A stretch of 61,027 nt of DNA, counting the filler, from Sphacelaria rigidula (taxonomy: Eukaryota): NCBI GenBank assembly GCA_964200075.2. It is 6 parts of 6 records of this genome, joined end to end, with 100 filler letters (N's around TTAATTAATTAA, not from the genome) between each part and the next. Parts side by side here need not be neighbours in the genome. Positions count along the whole stretch, not along the records: positions 40,756 to 50,841 come from CAXNAA020007173.1; positions 50,942 to 61,027 come from CAXNAA020007174.1; 4 more parts are not named here. One strand, written 5' to 3'. The stretch's first letter is position 1. The number at the start of each line of letters is the position of its first letter. The notes beneath the pieces are model-generated. The model made no database searches, was not told where the DNA came from, and saw only the letters and a program-made list of their open reading frames with translations. Both the position numbers and the translations under genes were made by a program. Below are positions 48,555-59,490 of the stretch, in pieces.

Positions 48555-50841
48555 CGTGCCGACGCCGGCGTTCTTCGGTCTTCCACGCCGTCGATAGCAC
48601 GAGCGAAGACTTTTTTAACACAGCTCTCGGAGTCCGTGTCAAAAGATGCTGACTCGACTGCCCCGGTACTATCCAGGAGCGTAACTGACGGCCGTTTATA
48701 TCGACCCCCGTCTCGAACCTCCACACAATTTTCAACACAGCCCACCGAGCCCGCGACCAAGATTGTCTGCCCGGCTCTCCCGGCACTCTGCAGGAGTGCA
48801 TCTGACGGCCGTTCAAACCGACCCCCGTCTTCATCCCTCCACACACCGCGTATAATGTGTGTCACCCCGCGACTCAGATCTACACCCGGCACTGAACTTG
48901 GTCCTTCAGTACCGAGTATACGACTGAGGTGTGGGAAGACCAACCGCCAGTCCCTGAGGCAAACACTTCCCTCAGCGACCGCACGCACAGGTAGCAGCAA
49001 GCCTTGTTCAGCTGACCCGAGTGTTGCTGATTTGAACCTGTAATTCCCAATCAGTTCGATCGGGTTCCTTCCCCGCGCTTTTTAAAACGCACGGACCTAC
49101 CTTCGGCCGGTTTTATTAACAACCACCCCAACATATCTTCGGCTATGCCCCAACAGCCAAACTTGCCTACGGAAAGCAGCCCACAAGTTTCGCTCCGTCA
49201 TGCCCCGATGTTGACCCCATCCACGCAACTGGACGCAGTTGTGGTATCACCCCCGAATGTTTTGGAAGATCCCCGACCTTTGTCACGGCGAAAGAGAAAG
49301 CCCCGCAAGCATGCCCCCGAGGACGCGCGTGCATCATTACGTACACCTCTTTCGAGCGGAAATCCTCGACCTCAACCTCTCCAAAATGCGACGAGTTTGA
49401 GCTCGACGGCTCTATCAAGTATCCCGGAAGAAACAAAATCATATGATTCTGACGGCACTACTTCTTCAATCGACGACTCCACCCCCGCACATCCAGGATC
49501 CCCCTTTGACGGTGATCCCTGTTAACCAAAGACGATAATTTACGAAATCGCCCATGACCGTGCCACACCTGGAAATAATATGCCGTCCACCCCCTTCTCT
49601 GGTGAGACATCTGACCCACTGGCGGATCATCCGCCGTGCGTTTTTGCTGTCAGCCCAGCTGATCCTGACCAGTTTACCTTGCCGGAACACGGTCCGGATC
49701 TTGTCGGCGGCAAAGTGTCTGTCGATCCGGCCACTTTTACTACTCGGGTTGCGATCCATGCCGGTCCAAACGCTATCACGCCTACGAAATGCGTATTCTT
49801 GTTGGACAGCGGCAGCCCGCAAACGTTTATTCGAGAATCAACATGGAAACACATGAAACACATTGGCGCTGCTACTGCAGCTTGCGAAACCACCACCAAG
49901 CCTCGAGTGTGGGGCGGTTTCGGTGACTCGGCCGCGCCACTGACGACCCGTAAATCCGTACGTCTCAGTGTGCAACTCTTTCGCAACACCACTCGATCTG
50001 CCAGCCTGGCAGTCTGGGCATATGTTGTCCCCGATAGCAATATGCATCACGCCATATTATTGGGCAGAGACAGCTATATGCGATTTAATAAACGCACTTG
50101 ACGCACGCTTCCACCATTAACGCCACATTCCCCGCCGCGGGGAGAATTTAATCTCGAACACTTCGGTACTCTCCACGGCGCCCTGGCTTATCAGAAGAAT
50201 AATCAAGCAACCGGAGCTGCTTACCACCTACGATATAACGGTAGTGTGGGTATATCACTCTCCGACGACCCGCAACTTCTTCAAGTTGCACTAGTTCGCC
50301 GAAATAGCATGCCAGCACTTACGGGCCATTATCTTGCCGAAATGTTACCCCGTATTGGCGCACCAGCCGACACAGAACATTTTGTTTCGGCGGGACAACA
50401 ACTCCTCCCCCTCACGGGACATGCTAACTTGGAACCCGGCGATGTTGTAGGAATCGCCGCTGCTCCCCTGATGCACATCTCCCTCGAGACGTGTGTCACA
50501 GAGCCTGCCGCACCAAATACCACATCCCCGGCGGAGTCAGTACATTGTGTCGATGAACCTTATGTCGATCTCGCCTCTGCTACTTCACCCCAGGTCCACG
50601 CCTTGGATCCTGCCCAGTCAAATTTCGATCCTCCTGCTGAAGTGCTTTACTGCTTATCACCAGATTCTCGGAATAGCTTCTTGCACATGTGGGACCAACT
50701 GCCGCCACACATGTGCGACATCAATTTTGACCTTCATGGGCCCGGCTGGGAACCGGCAGTCATCCAAGAACTCAGTGATGTCCTGCTACAGTACCAAGAC
50801 CGATTTTCCCGATCCAAGACGGATCTTGGGCATTGCAAAAC
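48555..50841 (+). pseudogene. pol: gypsy pro-pol, 5' part (spacer, aspartic protease, PR-RT linker)
   Basis: CVFLLDSGSPQTFI...HAILLGRDSY (49580-50101); homologous to 11850-13930 on the minus strand. Confidence 0.85.
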
Positions 50842-50941
50842 NNNNNNNNNNNNNNNNNNNNNNNNNNNNNNNNNNNNNNNNNNNNTTAATTAATTAANNN
50901 NNNNNNNNNNNNNNNNNNNNNNNNNNNNNNNNNNNNNNNNN
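50842..50941. other. Artificial assembly spacer
   Basis: N44-TTAATTAATTAA-N44. Confidence 0.97.
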
Positions 50942-51069
50942 CCTACAAGCCTAGTGATACATGTCTAGCTTGAGGGAGAAAAAAAATGAAATTTGGTAAT
51001 TTTGGGGGGGGGGTAGGGGGAGGGGGGGGGGGGTACATAGGGTCCAGGATTTTTTTTTCCGGACGCCCT

Positions 51070-53403
51070 TGATAGCGCGTAAAAAATAAAAAAAGAAGAT
51101 GCGATGTGCGCCTGAGTCTGTTATACGGCGGGCGGCTGCACCCTTCATTTGGAGTTAGTATCGACCTCTTTCGGGGTATGGTGATTGCGAGACAAAATTG
51201 TCTCACGATCATCATAGTTGACATTCACTTGAAATTAGTATGGTATGGTGTGGTGTGGTGTGGTGTGGTGATCGCGGTCCCCCTAAATGCCTCGCGATCA
51301 CGAAACCGGCGGCTGCGCGCTTTCCGTGCGTAGGCTCCGACGTAGTGTCTTGGCCCCTTTCTTCGTTACAGCCGCCAGTTCGGTGATCGCGTGACACTTT
51401 GGGGGAACGCGATCATCACATTCTTTGGTGATCGCGGGACACTTTTGTCCCGGGATCACCATAGGGCGTAAAAAATAATACGAGGTGCGATGTGCACCTG
51501 AGTCTGTGTTTAACAGCGGAGCGGCTGCACCCTTCATTTGAAGTTAGTATTTGCCTCTTCCGGGGTATGGTGATCGCGAGACAAGAGTGTCACACGATCA
51601 GCATAGTTGACATTTGGTGATCGCGTGATGGGAAAGGGGAAGCGATCGCCATACCTCCCACACTAAAATCAAGTGAAACGATACGCCATACTGATTTCGA
51701 GTCTCCCCCTCGTCTCTTCGTTACAGCCGAAGGTACGGTGATCGCGTGACATTATGTTCACGCACTCACCATGTTCCGAGACGAAGCCATACTGATTTCG
51801 AGTCTCCCCCTCGTCTCTTCGTTACAGCCGAAGGTATGGTGATCGCGTGACACTATGGTCACGGACTCACCATGTTTCGAGAGGAGGCCGTACTAACTTC
51901 AAATGACCCGGGGACTTCATCTCGTGCTTAGCAAAATCTCAGGTGCACAATCCCCCTAGTGGTGACGACGTAACCATAATGTCACACCCCTCACCACAAC
52001 AATGGTGAGTGCGTGACCATATTGTCCCGGGATCACCATAGGGCGTATAGAATAATACAAGATGCGATGTGCACCTGAGTCTGTGTTTGACAGCGGAGCG
52101 GCTGCACCCTTCATTTGAAGTTAGTATTTGCCTCTTTCGGGGTATGGTAATCGCGAGACGAAAGTGTCAAACGATCACCGTAGTTGACGTTTGGTGATCG
52201 CATGATGGGCAAGGGGAAGCGATCGCCATACCTCCCACACTAAAATCAAGTAAAACGATACGATGGTGATCTTGTGACCGACTTGTGACAGGATCACCAT
52301 GTTCCGAAAGGAGGCCACACCAACTTCAAATTATCCGTGTACTTCATCTCGTGCTTGGCAAAATCTCAGGTGCACAAAACCCTTACTGGTGACCTCGTGA
52401 CATCCTCGTCACACTCTCACCATTACAATGGTGACTCCATTACTATAATATCACGCGATCACCAAACCTCCAGCTGTAACGAAGGAGCGGGGGCCGTCTC
52501 TGCCGGGGGCTGCCAATGGCCTACCGGCCCCGGCCAGGGGCTCTCAGCGCGATTTGCCTCTGCTCCTCCCACCCGGGAGGGGTGTCCGCCCAGGAGTTGC
52601 AGAACATCGACATCGCCAACGCCGCGGTGAAACCCCCCTGGGGGGCTATCACCGCGAGCCCTCTCTTACTTGCGCGGGAGGGCGCGGGTTCTATCCACTT
52701 ACTGTTCCCCACCATCAGCTCCCTGCGACCCCCTCCCGGCCCCCACCCGCCCCCCCCGCCGTTGCCCTCGCCCCTGCCCCTGCCGTTGCCCTTACCGTTG
52801 CCCTGACCCCTGCACTTGGCCTTCCCTCTCCCCCCGCCGGTCGGCTTCCGCTTTTTGGCCCCTCTCGCCGTCGCTGTCGCCGTCGCCTTCGGGGTCTCCT
52901 CCCCCGCCGTCCTCGCTAGAACCTTACGATCATCATAGTTGACATTCACTTGAAATTAGTATAGTGTAGTGTGGTGATCGCGTTCCCCCTAAATGCCTCG
53001 CGATCACGAAACCGGCGGCTGCGCGCTTTCCGCGCGTAGGCTCCGACGTAGTGTCTTGGCCCCTTTCTTCGTTACAGCCGCCGGTTCGGTGATCGCGTGA
53101 CACTGTAGGGGAACGCGATCACCACAATCTTTGGTGATCGCGGGGCACTCTTGTCCCGGGATCACCATAGGGCGTATAGAATAACACAAGATGCGATGTG
53201 CACCTGAGTCTGTGTCTAACAGCGGAGCGGCTGCACCCTTCATTTGAAGTTAGTATTTGCCTCTTTCGGGGTATGGTGATCGCGAGACAAGAGTGTCACA
53301 CGATCACCATAGTTGACGTTCACTCGAATTTAGTATGGTGTGTTGTGGTGATCGCGTTCCCTCAAAGTGTCACGCGATCACCGAACCGGCGGCTGTAACG
53401 AAG
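51070..53403. repeat. Cluster of tandem/nested inverted-repeat units with CTTCGTTACAGCCG termini
   Basis: ~165-bp core at ~51070, ~51452, ~52028 and ~53158. A complete unit CTTCGTTACAGCCGCCGGTTCGGTGATCGCGTGACAC...GTGTCACGCGATCACCGAACCGGCGGCTGTAACGAAG spans 53067-53403. Confidence 0.85.
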
Positions 53404-53919
53404 TTTTTTTTTTTTCCCGGTATTAAATCCGTACTATTTTCTAATAAAATATACTCTACACCTCTCTTTTCCCGCGACCCTAATGTATACAAACATACAT
53501 ACCCATGAGTACAGCATGCCTCAATGCATACGCACATACATATACACACGCCTACAGCATGCTTTAATGCATACACACACAGATTCACATGCCTACAGCA
53601 TGCCTTCATACGTACACACACATACACACGCCTACACCATGCCTTCATGCATACATACACACACGCACACATGCCTACAGCATGACCACAACGCACACGC
53701 GGACATGAATGCACAACCCCCCGGTCACCCCGTCCCAGCCGCGGCCGAGATCACGCCGCCGCCGCCTCCGGACCGCGCGCGGGAGGAGCCCGGCTCGTCC
53801 GAGACGCGAAGATTACCGCCTCAGCGCTTCGTCCCCCACTCGTCGTGGCGGAAGGGAGCAGCGCGTATCGCGAGCTCTGCCCTCGCCTTCTCAGCTGCGC
53901 AGAACTGGGTCACGAAGCC

Positions 53920-55028
53920 CCCACACCTTCTCTTCCGAACACCGTATAACGGTCAACTGCTTCTCCTCCACGGCACGCGCGCACGTCGTGCCGGTGAGGT
54001 ATGCCACCGAATCCAAGTCCGTCTGTAGGCGCGCGGGGGAACAAGCAGCAGACGAGATGTAGAGGAGCAGCGCGGCTGAAGTGCGGGGGGGGGGGGGCTG
54101 TCTCGTCAGACGATCGTGACGCTCATGATCATCTGACGCAAAGGTCACACGATGACGGGGGGTTCCGTAGCTGACGGTGGGTTCCGTAGAATCATTGAGA
54201 TCGTTACAGTCGCGCCGGCGGGGATCGTCTTACTCTGGAAAGTCACCTCATCATGATGCAGACGATCATGCTGCCATCACGATCATCTGACTATAGCGTC
54301 AGATAATCATGATTGGAGGGTACTTGAGCGTAAGTTTAATCATGAGCTAAAGTACTATCTTTTCACGGTCGTCTGACGTCTAATAGTCAGATGATGATGA
54401 CCATCATGATCATCTGACATCATGATGAGGTGACTATCCAGAGTAAGACGATCACCACCGGCGCGACTGTAACAATCTCAATGATTTTACGGAACCCCCG
54501 TCGGCTGATCATCTGACGGGCGCTACACTATGAGGGAACAGCAGTCTCACCTGTCTCATGCGGTACTCCATGGCGACGATGTGCGGGGCTCTGGTGAGGA
54601 GGACCCGGAGGATGTCGTCGGTGCGCATTATCTGGTCGGGGCGGAGGAGATCAGAAGCCCCCGTCATGGCCCTCGTGGCCCCTACTTCGTCTAGCTGGAT
54701 GTTGTAGGCAGGCGCTCCATCTCGGGCGCCGGTGGCGGTCGGCAACAATGCCGTCATCTTGTTGACGCCAGGTAGACAGATGACGAGGCGCGGGGCAGTG
54801 GAGGCTGTTGCCGTCGCCAGGTTGATGTCTGTGTAAGACTTGAAGCTAAATCATCGAGGAACTTCAGATAGAACTGGACGAGACTGACGCGGATTACGAT
54901 GATGAGCCAAGGTTCGTTTGGGTGGGCGGTCAGGTGGTCCCGGAATTTATACGTCATCCCGGCTCCGGTGGGGGCGTCGATTGCCACGATCTTGGTTGCG
55001 GTCAAGTCGATGGGAGGCTGTAGCCGCA
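53920..55028 (-). pseudogene. UL9/replication-origin-binding-protein-like SF2 helicase, copy 1 (spliced, degenerate)
   Basis: Repairing one frameshift near 54847 gives KIVAIDAPTGAGMT...WLIIVIRVSLVQ...GFKSYTD...RLVICL...YNIQLDEVG...DDILRVLLTRAPHIVAMEYRMRQ|TDLDSVAYLTG. GT-AG intron 54550-54023. 5' end cut by a SINE. Confidence 0.7.
54104..54518. mobile_element. Foldback MITE inside the helicase intron
   Basis: TTCCGTAGAATCATTGAGATCGTTACAGTCGCGCCGG... is mirrored by ...CCGGCGCGACTGTAACAATCTCAATGATTTTACGGAA; outer ends CGTCAGA/TCTGACG. Confidence 0.75.
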
Positions 55029-55340
55029 AGTTGGTAACCTCGGAACCTTCTGACGGTTGGATCGTGGGGTCAAATCTCGAAGGATATGGGATTTTTTCTC
55101 ACAAATGCCCCACAGTGGAAAGCGACTACGTCGTGGGTAGACAAAGTCCGACTAGAGAAAGGGGCTACTGGACCCCTTTCGCGATAAAAAATAGAAGCAA
55201 GCACCGCAGAAGAAAGTGTAGAAGTAAAACAAACAGACGAGAAACTCCTGTGTTGGCCTTCCTTCTGTGTGACCCCGGCCAGCGTGCCCACACGTACCGA
55301 AAGGTGTAGACCGGCGTCCAGAGTAGATGGGACAATAACA

Positions 55341-55394
<54 letters not shown>
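55029..55394 (+). mobile_element. tRNA-derived SINE, slightly 5'-truncated, long (CA)n tail
   Basis: Homologous to 41025-41417 and 57885-58236. Confidence 0.8.
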
Positions 55395-55397
<3 letters not shown>

Positions 55398-55414
55398 GTT
55401 CGGCTGCTTCTTTT

Positions 55415-56545
55415 GAGGCCGCTCTTCATGGCAGACAAGAATAAAAACCGGGAGAGTGCCTTCTGGGGGCTTCTATTGTACCTCGTTTTACGCCCTGAAA
55501 GAGAGCTAGGCGAATTGCGGATACCCAGATACTCTTTGATACAGTTCCAGCACGCTTGTGCGATTCTCCGGTGGCGTCCGACGTTTTTTTGTCAAATGAT
55601 ACACATATATGTCATAGTATCGTGACTGCCGTGTTCCAATAACCAAGGGTCTTGGTTTATAATAACCCTGTTCTTCGTTACAGCCGCGAGGCTTGCTAAT
55701 CGTCTCACGTTAATCATCAGACAGTCCACATTATGTGCATAGTCTGACAGGAAGTAAAATACTATACGCGTATGGATAGTGAACGTGGCATACGCGGACG
55801 GGGAGGTGCAAAACTTGATGTATATAACACAGCTCCAGCGCACCTCTTCATTTAAAGTTAGTGTCGGCCTTTTTGCCTCTGCGTATCGTCTGACCGATTA
55901 TGTCAGACGGTACGCATGATGTGGATTGTCTTACAAATAGAGTCAGACGATCCGTAAGCCTCGCGGCTGTAACGAAGGACGGGGAGTGTCATCCGCCGGC
56001 TGCGTGTCTCATCGTGTCATTCTCCGCCCTCACGGTTTTCGTGGGACCCAACATATCACGTCTGTTACGAGTACAACGAGACGCACTTCGAGCGGCAGGG
56101 CCTACACGAATGACGGGATTGTCATCCTGTGGCTGCCTCTCTCATCGTGTCGGCCACCGCCCCGAGTGGTACCTGTGCATTTTTCCGGTGGCCGCAGTTT
56201 GTTTTTGCCCGAACTTGCATTTTTCTCGGAGACCGGTCATTTTTCTCGCACACCGATCATTTTTCTCGCAGACCGATCAAGTCCTGAAGATTTTCCGACA
56301 TTTGTTTGGATTTGGTCGATCTCCGAGGAAAAATGACCGGTCTACAATAAAAATGAAAGGTTGGCAAACAAAAACTGCGAACACCGGAAAAACGCACAGG
56401 TGTGCTGGAATCTTCTCAACGACAACATCGAGACATTACAAGGCGTGAGAATCCGCGTAGCTCTCTTTCAGGGCGTGAAACGACGTGGAAACTCTAAAAA
56501 GTCACTTCCAGATTTTCATGTTTGTCGGCCGTAAGGAGCGGCCTC
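55415..56545. mobile_element. TIR element containing nested inverted-repeat units (55673-55977, 56171-56401)
   Basis: Outer GAGGCCGCTC...ACGCCCTGAAAGAGAGCTA / TAGCTCTCTTTCAGGGCGT...GAGCGGCCTC. Inner CTTCGTTACAGCCGCGAGGCTT / AAGCCTCGCGGCTGTAACGAAG. Confidence 0.65.
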
Positions 56546-56569
56546 ACTCTACTCGTTGAAACGATTTTA

Positions 56570-56749
56570 GGACACCTTTGCGTTTTCCGGTAGCCGCAGT
56601 CTTTTTTTGAGCCAAATTTACATTCTTTTCCAAGGATGGGCGAGTCCAGACACGGTTAGCACTTTTTCTAGATTTGACCGTTCTTGATCGTTCTTGAACA
56701 AAAACTTGGCCATAAAAAACTGCGGCTACCGGAAGACCCAAAGGTGTCC
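56570..56749. repeat. Short inverted-repeat element (related to 56171-56401 and ~58525-58698)
   Basis: GGACACCTTTGCGTTTTCCGGTAGCCGCAG / CTGCGGCTACCGGAAGACCCAAAGGTGTCC. Confidence 0.7.
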
Positions 56750-57884
56750 TGAAACCGTCTAAACGAGTACGTGGAGTGAAACTATTCCAACATGTCAAAA
56801 TTCACCCAGCCCTCTTTCGGGGCGTAAGGCCGCTCTTTATTGCGAACAAAAAAACGTGCAAAGGACCCATACACGGGGATGAATTTGTAGCGAAGAATTA
56901 TTTGCGCGGAGCGGCCAAAATTGAAAACCCGGGAGTATTCAGATTCCAGTAGGTCTCCTGTAGTTTAATCGGTCTTTTACGGATCTCTCGTGGTGTAGGT
57001 GCCTTTTTTTGTGTACATGTTTTGTCTCTCGCCGTCCTCTGTTGGCTGTTCAACTGGTGGGTACGGATGATATGCTTCTTGCACTCTGTGACCACGAGTT
57101 CGAGAGATCGAGCTAGTGTGACGGAAATAATGATTGGAATCGGGCGAAGAACTCGAACATGCACGGCCTGGACAATACATGGTCGATGGGTGCAACAGAC
57201 AAAAAATGTATCGAGTTTAGTATAGGCATATTGCATCTATTGACCATATAGTGTCCAGGGCGTGAAAAGACGGAGCATGTCCTGCTTTACTGTATTGCAG
57301 CACAAACACACTCACGCCCTCTCCCATGCGTTTAGATCTTGCAAGACGGTTTGGGCTCCGCTGGGATTGCCTGAGCTGCTGTGTTGTCGTTATGTTCAGG
57401 TCAGTCGGCGCGCAGTCCGCTTGACACACTGACTGTTATCTCATCATCCGTGAGGAGAACAAGGCGCTGCCCAAACCCGTCATTTGCGCGATACCTAACA
57501 TGGCTGGGTAAAGTCACATAACAAGCATCGGTATACACCGCTCGATCTGCTGGGTCAGACCCGGTGCTCCGCTGAAAGGAGCAACCCACAGTCGAGGGCG
57601 GGCACACTGCGCCGCCAGGGACTTCATTGCAGCCGGAAACACAGCGGCCGCTGCTGCTGGCACTCTGCTGCTGGCAAGCGCCAGGGCTCACGACCACGGA
57701 AAGACGCAACCAGCCATACGAAGGTGGGGATATATTGATATGCACGAGCATCGCATTGACCCCCTGCGGCGGCAATGTACCACTCGCTGTCTGGTTGCCT
57801 GCTTGCTTCTTCGTTTCCCTGCTGCTGCTCCGTCTCCCGACGCGACTGTACATTCATGTACTGGAGTATGTACATTCCAGTCAC

Positions 57885-58236
57885 CGGTCGCCTCGGTGCC
57901 TCAGTTGGTAACCTCGGAACCTTCTGACGGTTGGGTCGTGGGTTCAAATCTCGGAGCGATCCGGGTTTTTTTTTCTCACACAATGCCCAACAGTGGAGAG
58001 CGACTGTGTCGTGGGTGCACAGAATTCGACGCAATGGTCGACGAGAAAAAGGGATTGCTGAACCCCTCTCGCGATGAAAAATGAAGGCAAGCACCGCAAA
58101 AGGGAGGTGGAGAACCAAAAACAAACAAACGAAAAAACTCCCGAGTTGGTGTTCCTCCTGTGTGATCCCAGCTGATGCGCCCATATACACCGAGAGGTGT
58201 AGACCGGCGTCCAGAATAGATGGGACGACAACACAC
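57885..58236 (+). mobile_element. tRNA(Arg-UCU)-like-headed SINE
   Basis: Head with TCAGTTGG A box, AACC-TTCTGAC-GGTT anticodon arm, GGTTCAAATC B box; short CA tail. Confidence 0.8.
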
Positions 58237-59490
58237 TCTAGGTGTGATGTAAGTCTGCGAGCCAATCACAAGCATTTTTCACGACATGGGTCACTACAGA
58301 GGTCGCATTTTATTGGCGATAGATCCCGCCGATTTCCTACTGAAGGGCCTCTAATTGTTGAATTTTCTATTTCACTACAAAACTATATCCTCATGTACAG
58401 GCGTTGGGCCAAACAAAGTCGTGTAAAACTGCGTGTTTGGTCCTTCTTCGTCGTTTACGCCGTTCTCAGCTAGGCAGAGTTTCACACCTTGGAATAACTC
58501 GCTCTCCTCGTCGAGAAGGTCCCAAGACATCTTTGGGTTTCCCGATGGCTGCAGTTTGGGTTTTGGCGAAACTGGCATTCTTGTCCAAAGACGGTCAAAT
58601 CCAGAGAAAAATGACACTTTCCCCAGATTTGACCGTTCTTTACCGTCCTTGGACAAAAATTGAAGTTTGGCCAAATAAAAGTGTGACTGCGGATGTCCTG
58701 GAACAGTCTCAACGAGCATAGCAAGTCATTCAAAGGTTTTCAACTTCGCCTAGCTCTGCTTTGGACGTGAAGACGAAGAAGGACGGAAGAAGCATTTTTA
58801 CAGTTTTTTTTTTGCCATGAGAAGCGACCTTGCATGACGAAGCGGTGAACCTCTACGGGTTGCCTTTGGAGAGTACAAGACACCGCGAGGTGTTCTCCGT
58901 CGTAGCTGTCATCGAGTTGCCGTTCCACTGGGGACTGTCACCGAGCACTCGCACACACGCCCGTGGCTGCAGAGATGGACAAATAGGATGCTAGACTTCC
59001 GATAAAAAGTACCTAAATGTGCTCCATGCACACGTAACCGCCACAGTTGCCACATCTATCCCATTCAAACAGCGAGTGAACGGCCGATCTGGGTCTATGG
59101 TGCTTTTAGTGTTCTCCCATGTCATCCATTTACCTCCGATAACACCCCCTTGGGCAGAAATTCGGAGTCCCGAACTCCCCACCCGCGTAAAATTGCGTTT
59201 TCACTATTTGCGTAGTCGCCATTTTTTTCCCGTTTTCTGCGGAGGTGCAATCTAGAGGCGATCTGGGACCCGTGTCCCTCTAAGGGTTAGGGGTACCGTA
59301 AGTGTGCCTCAGTCGGCACGGTGCTTTTGAGTTGGCACGGGGGTGCCCTAAAAGAAGAGGGGCGAAGTGATTTACTGCAATTTAATTTCTCCCCGAGGGT
59401 GCTTGAGATCGCGCCGGCTTGTGCTGATCCCATGACACTCCCACTTCGGCGGAGGGGTTGCTTGCTGCTGCGTGACTCAGCGAGACTCAC

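Larger units (their letters stand above)
42300..50841 (+). mobile_element. Ty3/gypsy LTR retrotransposon, copy B (decayed; cut by the end of the piece just before RT; 5' boundary approximate)
   Basis: Colinear with copy A: long T-rich leader, gag, LLDSGSPQTFI protease, and DINFDLHGPGWEPAVIQEL...FSRSKTDLGHCK. Confidence 0.85.

Noticed and set aside
10730-50841. Gypsy copies A and B as a giant inverted repeat
   Set aside because: They are on separate concatenated pieces, so relative orientation is arbitrary.
51070-53403. CRISPR-like repeat/spacer array
   Set aside because: Repeats are 70-240 bp, the intervening modules are themselves repeated, no cas genes, eukaryotic context.
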